Below, piece by piece: positions 26,646-35,422 of a DNA stretch of 64,000 bases. A program made the position numbers and the translations under genes. The stretch is from the NCBI GenBank assembly GCA_036268215.1, contig DATAUO010000093.1, positions 245-64,244 of the forward strand. Direction: 5' to 3'. The stretch comes from Steroidobacteraceae bacterium (GTDB taxonomy: Bacteria; Pseudomonadota; Gammaproteobacteria; Steroidobacterales; Steroidobacteraceae). The notes beneath the pieces are model-generated. The model was not told where the DNA came from, did not search any database, and saw only the letters and a program-made list of their open reading frames with translations. The stretch's first letter is position 1. Each line of letters begins with the position of its first letter.

Positions 26646-26674
26646 GGTATGCAACATTTTTAACTGGTATGCAA
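26646..26674 (-). promoter_or_regulatory. Direct repeat TTGCATACC x2 (20-bp register) in an AT-rich island upstream of the lyase-like operon
   Basis: On the minus strand the sequence reads TTTGCATACCagttaaaaatgTTGCATACCgaTGGCAC. It lies about 60-85 nt upstream of the 26588 start codon. This is the only AT-rich stretch in the 206-bp gap. Confidence 0.35.
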
Positions 26675-26794
26675 ATTACATTTTCGGACCCGGCCGGGGG
26701 CGGAGGGGCCGTTGCCGCCGCCCGAAGGGCCGGAATGCGCCGAATGAGCCGGTTTGCCCGGGCAGCCGCCCGAGAACCACGCCGGGCCGGTCGG

Positions 26795-28711
26795 TCACGT
26801 GCCGGCGCCGCCCGGATAGGAATCGATCACCGGCCCGAGCGCGCCTTTCAACGGGCCGAGCCAGGGCTCGTAGTGGCGCCATTGCTCCAGGCCCTCGCGA
26901 AAGATCGGCCGGCGCACCTGCCCGGAGCTCGCGCTGCGCACGGCGCGAGGATTCTGGTAGAAGCGCAGGCACGACTCCTCGAAAGGCAGCCCGCAGTAAT
27001 CGAGCAGCGCGCGGACTTCGCTCTCGGTGTCCTCCACCATCCGCTCGTAGATGACGCGATGAACCCGGCCGGGAGCGACCCGGTCGAAGTGCGCCATGAG
27101 CTCGACGTAGTCGCGGTAGTAACGGCCGATGTCCTCGAGGCCGTAGCTGAAGTGCTGGCCCAGCGCGAAATGCTGCTTGAAGCCGGAAAAGCAGCACGCC
27201 AGCGGATGGCGGCGCGCATCGACGATCTTGGCGCTGGGAAGCGCGAGCAGGATCAGGCCGAGATGCTGGAAGTTGTTCGGCATCTTGTCGATGAAGAACG
27301 GCGCCGCGCGCTTGCGGTGGATGCGCGTGCGCTCGAGGTATTCCTCGCCGAGGCGCCGCCACTCGGCGCCGGTCAAGGAGGCGAGCGCGCCCGGGTAATT
27401 CGTGCCCTCGCTCTCGTCGGACGCGGCCGCGACCCGGCGCGCCATCGCGATGATGTCCGGGATCTCGATGGTGCCCTCGACCTGCGAGTGGCTGGCCAGG
27501 ATCTGCTCGAGCAGCGTCGAGCCGGACCGCGGCAGGCCGACGATGAAGATCGGATCCGGCGCCGGACATCCCGCCTTCGACCGCGCGCGGATGAAATCCG
27601 CGCTGAAGAGCTGGTGCGAGCGGCCGAGTCTCGCGTGGTGCTCGTCCGCATCGTAGCGGATCTCGGCCCGGCGCAACCGGTTGCCCTCGGCGTAATGCTC
27701 GAAGGACTGCGCGAACCGCCCCTGATCCTCGAGCGCCTTGCCGAGCGCGAAATGAAAATGAAAGCGCTCGTGCGCCTCGAGCGTGTCGTTCCGAAGCGCC
27801 GCGAGCATGGCACCGGTCTCGTCCGCGGCGAAGCGGAAGGTCTTGAGATTGGCGAGGCTCCAGTAGCTCTCGCCGAGGCGCGGCTCGAGCTCGATGCTCC
27901 TGCGGTAGGCGGCTACCGCGTCCTGGTCGCGGCCGGAGGTCTTCAGCGCATGTCCGAAGCTCATCCAGATCCGCGCCTGGTTCGGATAGGCGTCCAGCAC
28001 CTCGCGATAGAGCTCGAGCGACGCGGCATATTCCCCGACGGCGCCGAGGATCGCCGCCTTGATGTTGCGCGCGCTGATCCGCCGCGGCTCGGCCGACAGG
28101 CAGCGGTCGATCTCGGCAAGCGCTTCGGCGTGCTTGTTCTCACGGTGCAGGACGAGGGCGAGATTCTGGCGCGCGGCAACGAAGTTCGGCGCGAGCCCGA
28201 CGCAGTGGCGCAGCAGCGCCTCGGCATCGCCGTAGCGGCGCAGCCGCGCGGCGAGCTCGGCCAGCATGCGCAACGCCGCCACGTCGTTGGGGTTCTCGCG
28301 CACCTTGGCCCGGAGCAAGGGCTCCGCCTCCGCGAGGCGGTTCTGGTAGAGCGCGGCGCCCGCGGCCCGCATGCGCGGATCATGGATCGAGTGCTTGACG
28401 TGCTCGGCATAGGCGCGGTCGGCGTCGGGCACGTTGCCCACGTCCGTGTACAGATCGCCGAGCGCGAGCCACGCCGGACCGAGATCCGGCTTAGCCGCGA
28501 CCGCGCGGCGCAGCGTCTCGATGGCCTCGCCGTTGCGTCCGAGCGCGCGCCGGGCGAGGGCGAGCAGGTACAGCGCCGCGGGCTGATCCGGCAGCTGCTC
28601 GAGGATGGCCTGGGCCTGCTCGGCCGCGAGCTCAGGCTGCGCGGCGAGGAGGCGCATGCCGTGCGCGAGCGCGGCATCGAGTGTACCCAGGGGATCTGCG
28701 GCTGGAGTCAT
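26795..28711 (-). CDS. TPR repeat-containing sulfotransferase family protein
   Basis: The N-terminal about 330 aa consist of TPR repeats. The C-terminal sulfotransferase domain has the PAPS 5'-phosphosulfate loop 'IFIVGLPRSGSTLLEQIL' and 'IVDARRHPLACCFS'. The start is ATG 28711 or GTG 28747. Confidence 0.85.
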   Translation of the reverse strand: MTPAADPLGTLDAALAHGMRLLAAQPELAAEQAQAILEQLPDQPAALYLLALARRALGRNGEAIETLRRAVAAKPDLGPAWLALGDLYTDVGNVPDADRAYAEHVKHSIHDPRMRAAGAALYQNRLAEAEPLLRAKVRENPNDVAALRMLAELAARLRRYGDAEALLRHCVGLAPNFVAARQNLALVLHRENKHAEALAEIDRCLSAEPRRISARNIKAAILGAVGEYAASLELYREVLDAYPNQARIWMSFGHALKTSGRDQDAVAAYRRSIELEPRLGESYWSLANLKTFRFAADETGAMLAALRNDTLEAHERFHFHFALGKALEDQGRFAQSFEHYAEGNRLRRAEIRYDADEHHARLGRSHQLFSADFIRARSKAGCPAPDPIFIVGLPRSGSTLLEQILASHSQVEGTIEIPDIIAMARRVAAASDESEGTNYPGALASLTGAEWRRLGEEYLERTRIHRKRAAPFFIDKMPNNFQHLGLILLALPSAKIVDARRHPLACCFSGFKQHFALGQHFSYGLEDIGRYYRDYVELMAHFDRVAPGRVHRVIYERMVEDTESEVRALLDYCGLPFEESCLRFYQNPRAVRSASSGQVRRPIFREGLEQWRHYEPWLGPLKGALGPVIDSYPGGAGT

Positions 28712-28777
28712 ACGGATCGGCAACCGGAGTCGTGCGCCGCCCGGCACCGGCGGGAAGTCGAGGCCGGGGCGTCGAGG

Positions 28778-30571
28778 TCAGTTTGCCACAACCGGCAGCA
28801 CGACGTGCGAGGGGTGACCTGCCTCGTGATAGATGCGGATCGTCGCCGCGCGGGCGTTCGCGGAACGGGTCTCGGACTCCCCGCTCTGCAGGTTGCGCGA
28901 GAAATAGGCAAAGAACTGCCCGGAGACCTGAACCCGGATGCGGTGGCCTTGCTTGAACAGGTTGCTGGTCACGGGGCCGGTGATGTCGATCCGGTAGATC
29001 TTTCCCGGCTCGAGCAACTGCCGGCCCTTGTCGATGTCACGGTAGCTCGCGCGCTCGAGCTCGCTGCCCGCGCTCATCTGGTTCCAGACCGCGCCGTCCG
29101 GCGCCACGTCGTAAAGGCGGACCCAGAGGTCGAGGTCCCGGCAATCGCAGCTCACGAAGATGTGCGAGTCGATGGCCCCCGTCACTTCGGTGTCCCTGGC
29201 AAGCGGCGCGGTCTCGAAGGTGAGCAGGTCCCGGCGCGCGCCGAGCTCGCGGTAATCGTGCGCGCCGAGCTCCTCGGCGTGGCGGTCCGTCACCGGGTGC
29301 AGGGGATCGGACACGAACGCGCTGGACCCGCCCGCCTCGGGGGCCGATTCGCTCAACGAACCGGGGCGGCCCGGCGCGGCATCGCCGAGATAGAAGCGCG
29401 CGGCCCTCGCCGCGGAAGGCGGCCATGACGCGCCCTCGCGCCAGGCGTCGGCGCCCATGACGTAGTAGCGCACCGGGGGCTTTCGGTCGACGCCGTTGTC
29501 GATGCCGCGCAGATAATGATCCATCCAATCGAGCACGGTCTTGTCGTAGTCGATCGCCGCGGCCGCGGGGAACGTGCGCTCGCCGGCCTTGGGGGTCTCT
29601 GTGGACTTCACCCCGTGAATCCACGGACCGACCAGGAGGGCCGTCCTGCGCGGCTGGCCGGAGCGCGCTTTCAAGAGACCTTCGAAGTTCGTGACGGCGC
29701 CTTCGGGGCCGTAATGCTCGTCGTACCATCCGGAAAGATTGAGCACCGCGGCGCGGGTGCGGCGGTACTTGCCGCGCAGATCCGACCAATTCCACCACGC
29801 ATCGTCCGGGGGGTGGCGCAGCCACTCGTAGTAGTAGGGCGCGACATCGCGAAGCTCGGGCAAGGCGTCGAGGGGCAGCACGCCCTCCATCTCGGACGCG
29901 CTGCGCTGCCAGGCCGCGACGGCGTCGTCATAGGTGCGCGGCCCGGGCAGATTCAGCTTCACCCGCACGTCCGGCGCGATGTTGTCCCAGATCCACTCGA
30001 TCCACGACAGGTCGAACGCGCCGCTTGCATAGAAGAACGTGCGATGCGAGGAGAAGGTCATGGCGGGGACCATGGCCTCGAGGTGCGGCGGGCTTTCCAC
30101 CGCCGCAAGCCATTGCACCGCGCCGGGATACGACAATCCGAAGGTGCCGACCTTGCCGTTCGACCAGGGCTGGCGCGCCGCCCACTCGATGGTGTCGTAG
30201 CCGTCGCGGCCTTCGTTCACATAGGGAACGAAAACCCCGGCGGAGCCGTAGCGCCCGCGCACGTCCTGCACCACGACGGCATAGCCCCGGGCGCGCGCGG
30301 CTTCGAAGGTGGTGTATTCCTGAAGCGCGTTCTTCTCGCCATAGGGCGTGCGGTACACGAGCACCGGGAAGGGGCCGTTGCCGGCCGGCAGCAAGAGGTC
30401 CGCGCGCAGAGTGAGGCTGTCGCGCATGGGGATCGCGGCCTGCATCTCGGCGCCCGCAGCGGCGGTGGCGGTGGCGGCGTTGGCGTTGGCGTTGGCGTCG
30501 GCTTCGGCTTCGGCGGCCCAAGCCGCCGGCGTCGCGACGAATAAACCAATCAGCAGCACGCACCGCCTCAT
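28778..30571 (-). CDS. CocE/NonD family hydrolase (S15 X-Pro dipeptidyl-peptidase-like), secreted
   Basis: ORF 28778-30727 was trimmed to ATG 30569-30571, with GGAG upstream. The leader is 'MRRCVLLIGLFVATPAAWA'. Family motifs are 'PVLVYRTPYG', 'VVVQDVRGRYGSAG' and the nucleophile motif 'GTFGLSYPGAVQW'. Confidence 0.9.
   Translation of the reverse strand: MRRCVLLIGLFVATPAAWAAEAEADANANANAATATAAAGAEMQAAIPMRDSLTLRADLLLPAGNGPFPVLVYRTPYGEKNALQEYTTFEAARARGYAVVVQDVRGRYGSAGVFVPYVNEGRDGYDTIEWAARQPWSNGKVGTFGLSYPGAVQWLAAVESPPHLEAMVPAMTFSSHRTFFYASGAFDLSWIEWIWDNIAPDVRVKLNLPGPRTYDDAVAAWQRSASEMEGVLPLDALPELRDVAPYYYEWLRHPPDDAWWNWSDLRGKYRRTRAAVLNLSGWYDEHYGPEGAVTNFEGLLKARSGQPRRTALLVGPWIHGVKSTETPKAGERTFPAAAAIDYDKTVLDWMDHYLRGIDNGVDRKPPVRYYVMGADAWREGASWPPSAARAARFYLGDAAPGRPGSLSESAPEAGGSSAFVSDPLHPVTDRHAEELGAHDYRELGARRDLLTFETAPLARDTEVTGAIDSHIFVSCDCRDLDLWVRLYDVAPDGAVWNQMSAGSELERASYRDIDKGRQLLEPGKIYRIDITGPVTSNLFKQGHRIRVQVSGQFFAYFSRNLQSGESETRSANARAATIRIYHEAGHPSHVVLPVVAN
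30461..30516. repeat. Compound hexanucleotide microsatellite (GGCGGT)2(GGCGTT)3(GGCGTC)(GGCTTC)2
   Basis: Read directly from the sequence. It encodes AAEAEADANANANAATATAAA just after the signal peptide of the CocE/NonD hydrolase. Confidence 0.85.
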
Positions 30572-30739
30572 AGGAGCTCCTTTCCGCAATTCAGATACTA
30601 AGCGGCGCGCGCGGGCGGCGCCACCGCCACGCGGCGCTGGTGGATCGCGGGCGTCTATCGCAGAATCCCCACCTCCATGAGACCGCCCCGATCCGCTCCG
30701 TGACGCCCAACCCGGCTCGCGCCACATTGCGTTGAACGC

Positions 30740-33040
30740 ATGGCACGACGCAAATCACTTCGCCTGAAGCTCCTGATCGGAGCGGCCGCGGTGGCCGCGG
30801 TGCTGGCGATCGCGGCCGTCCTCTGGGTGGCGCGACTCGACCGGCTGGTCACCCAACAATTCAAGGGACGTCTCTGGTCCGTGCCGGCCCGGGTCTACGC
30901 CGAGCCGCTCGATCTCTACGCGGGTGCGCCGATCTCCGCCGACGACCTCGAGGACGAGCTGCGCCGCTTGAGCTATCGGAGCGGAGACCCGGCCGCGGGG
31001 CCCGGCCTCTATCGCCGCCGCGGCGGCGAGTTCGATCTGCAGTGTCGTCGTGCGCGCTTCGCTGACGAGCTGCGCGATCCGGTGCGCGTGTCGATCCGTG
31101 CCGGAAGCGCCTCGATCACCGCGCTGAGCCGCGACGACGGCAAGGAGCTGCCGGTGTTTCGCCTCGATCCGCCGCTCATGGGCAGCGTGTTCCCGGTTCA
31201 CGGCGAAGACCGCATCGTGCTCTCGCCCGCCGAGGTGCCGGCGCTGCTGCGCGCGGCGATCAAGGCGGTCGAGGACCGCCGCTTCGACGAGCATCATGGC
31301 GTCGATCTCCTCGGCATCACGCGCGCGATGTGGGCGGATCTCAAAGCGCGGCGCTTCACCCAGGGCGGCAGCACGCTCACGCAACAGCTCGTGAAGAACT
31401 ACTTCCTATCCGACGAGCAGACCTTCAGCCGCAAGCTGACGGAAGCCGTGATGGCCCTGCGGCTCGAGGCGCATTTCACCAAGGACGAGATCCTCGTGGC
31501 CTATCTCAACGAGGTGTTCCTCGGACAGGACGGGCAACGCGCGATCCACGGATTCGGTCTCGGCAGCGAGTACTACTTCGGCAAGCCGCTGGCCGAGGCC
31601 GACGTGAGCCAGGTCGCGCTGCTCGTGGGCCTGGTCAAGGGGCCGTCGTACTACGACCCGCGCAAGCATCCGGATCGAGCGCGCACGCGGCGCAATCTCG
31701 TCCTGAAGCAGCTGGCGGACGAGCGCCTGATCGATGCCGCGACCGCCGCCCGGGCCGCGGCCGAGCCGCTGGGATTGCGGCCGCCCGGCGCGCACTACAT
31801 GCCGGCGTTCATGGACCTCGTGCGGCGCAATCTGAAGCGCGACTACGCCGAGGCGGATCTCGCCGCCGCGGGGCTGGCGGTGTTCACGACCTTCGACCCG
31901 CGCGCGCAGGCAGCGGCGCAGCGGGCGCTGACGCGCAATCTCGCGCGGCTCGACGCGGCGAGCCGCGTGCGCGGCGACCATCTCGACGGCGCGGTGGTGA
32001 TCGCGGAGCCGAACAGCGGCGATGTGGTCGCGGTGGTGGGAGGGCGCGACGTGGAAGGGGCGGGCTTCGACCGCGCGCTCGACGCGCGCCGTCCCATCGG
32101 CTCGCTGGTCAAGCCCGCGATCTATCTGACCGCGATCGAGACGGGCCGCTACAACGCCGCCACCATCCTCGAGGACGAGGCGATCGAGCTCAAGATGCCG
32201 GACGGCAGCGTGTGGGCGCCGCAGAATTTCGAGCGCAACACCAACGGCCGCGTGCCGATGGTGCGGGCGCTCGCCGAGTCCCTGAACCTCGCCACGGTGC
32301 GGCTCGGGCTGGACCTCGGGCTGCCGGCCGTCGCCGATACGCTGCAGAAACTCGGCCTGGAGCGGCGCCCGGTCTTGAACCCCTCGATGCTCCTCGGCAC
32401 GGTGGAAATGACGCCGCTCGAGGTGCTGCAGATGTACACGACGCTCGCCAACGGCGGATTTCGCGCGCGGCTGCGCACCGTGCGCGCCGTGCTCGACGAG
32501 CAGGGGCGGCCGCTGCGCAGCTTCAAGGTCCAGGTCGAGGCGGCTGCGCCGCCCGCCGCGATCTATCAGCTCGACCGCATGTTGACCGTGGTGACGACGC
32601 ACGGCACGGGACGGGGTGCCGCGGCGCACCTGCCCCCGGGAACGGTGGTCGCCGGCAAGACCGGCACGTCTTCCGACACGCGCGACAGCTGGTTCTCGGG
32701 GATCACCGGCAGCTACCTCGCTGTCGTGTGGGTGGGATACGACGACAACCGCGAGACCGGCCTCACGGGCGCCGCGGGTGCGCTGCCCATCTGGGCCGAT
32801 ACCGTGGGCGCGCTGCGCTCGAGCTCGTTCGAGCCCATCGCGCCGGAGCAGATCGAGGATCGCTCCATCGGCTACCTCGACGGGCTGGAGACCCCGGCGA
32901 GCTGCGCCGGCAGCACCGACGTGGTGTCGATCGCTGTGCCCCCGGGGACGCAGCTGCCGGCGAACCCCGCTTGCGGAGGCTCGCCTACGGCCTCGCCGGC
33001 TGACAAAATCAAGTCATGGATCAAATCAATCGTTCATTGA
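30740..33040 (+). CDS. mrcB: Penicillin-binding protein 1B (bifunctional glycosyltransferase/transpeptidase)
   Basis: The N-terminal TM helix is followed by a UB2H-like segment. GT51 motifs are 'EDRRFDEHHGVD', 'GGSTLTQQLVKN' and 'RKLTEAVMALRLE'. Transpeptidase motifs are 'GSLVKP' (SxxK), 'SLN' and 'KTGTS'. Confidence 0.95.
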   Translation: MARRKSLRLKLLIGAAAVAAVLAIAAVLWVARLDRLVTQQFKGRLWSVPARVYAEPLDLYAGAPISADDLEDELRRLSYRSGDPAAGPGLYRRRGGEFDLQCRRARFADELRDPVRVSIRAGSASITALSRDDGKELPVFRLDPPLMGSVFPVHGEDRIVLSPAEVPALLRAAIKAVEDRRFDEHHGVDLLGITRAMWADLKARRFTQGGSTLTQQLVKNYFLSDEQTFSRKLTEAVMALRLEAHFTKDEILVAYLNEVFLGQDGQRAIHGFGLGSEYYFGKPLAEADVSQVALLVGLVKGPSYYDPRKHPDRARTRRNLVLKQLADERLIDAATAARAAAEPLGLRPPGAHYMPAFMDLVRRNLKRDYAEADLAAAGLAVFTTFDPRAQAAAQRALTRNLARLDAASRVRGDHLDGAVVIAEPNSGDVVAVVGGRDVEGAGFDRALDARRPIGSLVKPAIYLTAIETGRYNAATILEDEAIELKMPDGSVWAPQNFERNTNGRVPMVRALAESLNLATVRLGLDLGLPAVADTLQKLGLERRPVLNPSMLLGTVEMTPLEVLQMYTTLANGGFRARLRTVRAVLDEQGRPLRSFKVQVEAAAPPAAIYQLDRMLTVVTTHGTGRGAAAHLPPGTVVAGKTGTSSDTRDSWFSGITGSYLAVVWVGYDDNRETGLTGAAGALPIWADTVGALRSSSFEPIAPEQIEDRSIGYLDGLETPASCAGSTDVVSIAVPPGTQLPANPACGGSPTASPADKIKSWIKSIVH

Positions 33041-33573
33041 TGAGCAGAGCCGCCCCGGCCGTTGCCGCCGCCGCCTTGCTCAGCGCATGCAGCTTGTTTC
33101 GGTCGCAGCCGCCGGAAGCGCCGCCGGCCACCGTAAGGGCTCCGCCGCCGCCGGCCGCGTCACCCCTCTCGCCGAGCGGGTCGCAAGCACCCGCGCCGGC
33201 ACCGCCCGAGACGCAAGCGCCGGCGCCGCGTCCACCCGTGCTCCGTGAGAATCACCTGTCGCCCGCGACCCGCTCGCTCGTGGATCAGGCGCACGGCCAG
33301 ATAGCCCACGGCGACCTGCCCGCCGCCTCGGTGTCGTTGGATCGCGCGTTGAGGATCGAGCCGAGCAATCCGCTGCTCTGGGTCGAGCTCGGCCGGTTGC
33401 GACTGGCGGAGAACGACGCGCATCAGGCCGAGGGGTGCGGGCGCAAGGCGCTCGCGCTCGCGCGCGGAGATCGCGCGGCCCAGGACCAGTCCGCCCGGCT
33501 GCTCGCCGATGCTCTGCGCATGGAGAAGCGCAATCAGGAAGCGAGCGACGTCGAGCGGCAGTGGCTGAATTGA
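33040..33573 (+). CDS. TPR-containing outer-membrane lipoprotein, LpoP-like candidate PBP1B activator
   Basis: ATG 33040 overlaps the mrcB TGA (TGATG). The lipobox is 'AAALLSAC'. A Pro/Ala-rich linker of about 50 aa is followed by a TPR-like domain ('ALRIEPSNPLLWVELGRLRLAENDAHQAEGCGRKALAL'). Confidence 0.75.
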   Translation: MSRAAPAVAAAALLSACSLFRSQPPEAPPATVRAPPPPAASPLSPSGSQAPAPAPPETQAPAPRPPVLRENHLSPATRSLVDQAHGQIAHGDLPAASVSLDRALRIEPSNPLLWVELGRLRLAENDAHQAEGCGRKALALARGDRAAQDQSARLLADALRMEKRNQEASDVERQWLN

Positions 33574-33574
33574 C

Positions 33575-34615
33575 TCAGGGGTCCGGGCCCGACCTGACCG
33601 GGTAGCCGGCCTCGCGCCAGGCACGCATGCCGCCATCCAGGGCGACGGCGCGCAAAAACCCCATCTCGCGCAAGGTCGCGGTCGCGAGCGTGGAGATGCG
33701 GCCGAACTCGCAGCACGCGACGATGCGCAGCGTCGGGTCCGGCAACTCCTCGTTGACCCGGAGCTCGAGCTGTCCGCGCGGCAACGATTTGGCGCCCGGG
33801 ATGTGGGCCGCCGCGTAGGCGTCGCGCTCGCGCACGTCGAGAATGAGGAGTCCGTCGGGCGATGCGGCGTTGCGCGAGTTGAGCTCTGCGAGCGACATGA
33901 AGGGCACGTGGGCGGCGGCCTCGGACAGCATCTGCGCCACGGTCTTGCCGCCGCTCAAGTTGGTGCGCAGGGCTTCGGTGATGTGCGTCGGCATCTTGAG
34001 GTCGAGGTTGCACATCAGCTCGATGAATGCCGTGCGGTCGCGCACCTGCAGGCGCGGGTTCTCCGCGAGCTCGCGGCCGATGGTGGTGTGGTCGCGGTCC
34101 TTGTACTCGTGCGCCGGGTGCACCTTGGTGTCGGGATCGAGGCGCAGCAGACGCCCGAACAGACTCTCGTGGAGCATGCCCGGGTCGCCGGTGGGCAGGT
34201 CGGTGCGCCCGGTGGCGCCGATGAGCAGCGTGTCGCCGGTGAGCACGCGATCTTCGACGCAGAGGCACATCGAGTCCCGGGTGTGACCGGGCGTGTGCAT
34301 GACCTGCAGCCGCAGCTTGCCGACCGCAAGCATCTCGCCGTCGTCGAGCGCGAGCGTGACAAAGGGCGCGGGGCTCATGCGATGCATCGCGACGGGGACT
34401 TGGAGCTTGCGGGCGAGCTCGAGCGTGGCGGAGAAGTGGTCGGCGTGCGTGTGCGTGTCGACCAGGTAGCGGATCCGCAGGCCGTCGCGCGCCGCGAGCG
34501 CGAGGTAACGGTCGATGAGCGAGATTTCCGGATCGATGAGCGCCGCGACGCAGCTTTCCTGGCAGCCAACGAGGTACGACCGGCAGCCGCCCACGCTGAA
34601 TTGCTCGAATATCAT
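33575..34615 (-). CDS. MBL-fold hydrolase (persulfide dioxygenase-like) fused to a rhodanese domain
   Basis: ORF 33575-34756 was trimmed to ATG 34613-34615. The metallo-beta-lactamase motif is 'VDTHTHADH', with 'HTPGHT' also present. The C-terminal rhodanese domain is 'LILDVRERDAYAAAHIPGAKSLP...IVACCEFGRIS' with an active-site Cys loop. Confidence 0.9.
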   Translation of the reverse strand: MIFEQFSVGGCRSYLVGCQESCVAALIDPEISLIDRYLALAARDGLRIRYLVDTHTHADHFSATLELARKLQVPVAMHRMSPAPFVTLALDDGEMLAVGKLRLQVMHTPGHTRDSMCLCVEDRVLTGDTLLIGATGRTDLPTGDPGMLHESLFGRLLRLDPDTKVHPAHEYKDRDHTTIGRELAENPRLQVRDRTAFIELMCNLDLKMPTHITEALRTNLSGGKTVAQMLSEAAAHVPFMSLAELNSRNAASPDGLLILDVRERDAYAAAHIPGAKSLPRGQLELRVNEELPDPTLRIVACCEFGRISTLATATLREMGFLRAVALDGGMRAWREAGYPVRSGPDP

Positions 34616-34815
34616 CGCTCCCTCTCCCGCGCAGCGGCAATTCTCGAGATCAGTATGGCGGATGCCGCCGCCGTTCGCCAACGACGCGCCGCGCGACCGC
34701 TGCCACGTTCGACCCCTGTCCTCTGGATGGCACTCCGCGTGGGCCCGGCATATCATCTTCCCGCCGTAGCCTTCGTTGGAACCGCACGAACAAGATTAAT
34801 AAAGGAATATCAATC

Positions 34816-35391
34816 ATGCGCACTCGAATTGGCCTCCTATTGCTTGCCTTCGCGCTGACCGTGTCCGCGAAGACCGCGTTGCTGACCCATATACCCCTGG
34901 TCTGGAAACCGACGTCCCAGCTGCAGCTCGGGTCCATGGGCCCCATCGATGCCACGGTGCATTTCGAGCCCTTCCAGGACGTGCGCGGCAACAAGGAGAA
35001 GATCGGCGAGAACCAGGAAGACAAGGACCCGAAGCCGGTGACCACCGGCGATGACGTCGGTGCCTTCGTGAGCACGCACATGCGCGGGCTGTTCGACAAG
35101 GCGGGGATCAAGACCACCGACGGCGGCGACGCGTCGGTGACGATCAAGGGCGAGGTGCGGCAATTCTTCGTCACCGAGATCAACACCTACGAGGCGCAGG
35201 TGGAGGTGCAGATCACCGTGTTGGGCCGCGACGGCTCGCAGCTCTGGAAGGGGATTGCCTCGGGCGACGCGACGCGGTTCGGGCGGTCTTACAGGGCCGA
35301 GAACTACTACGAGACGCTGTCCGACGCCGTGGTCAACACCGTGAGCTCGATGCTGCGAAGCCCGGAGATGCAGAAGGCCTTGGGCAAATGA
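34816..35391 (+). CDS. Secreted hypothetical protein
   Basis: The leader is 'IGLLLLAFALTVSA'. The predicted alpha/beta character is 'VTIKGEVRQFFVTEINTYEAQVEVQITVL'. No family was recognised with confidence. Confidence 0.7.
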   Translation: MRTRIGLLLLAFALTVSAKTALLTHIPLVWKPTSQLQLGSMGPIDATVHFEPFQDVRGNKEKIGENQEDKDPKPVTTGDDVGAFVSTHMRGLFDKAGIKTTDGGDASVTIKGEVRQFFVTEINTYEAQVEVQITVLGRDGSQLWKGIASGDATRFGRSYRAENYYETLSDAVVNTVSSMLRSPEMQKALGK

Positions 35392-35422
35392 CCCGATGAG
35401 CGGGCGGGCGCAGGACCGGGGC

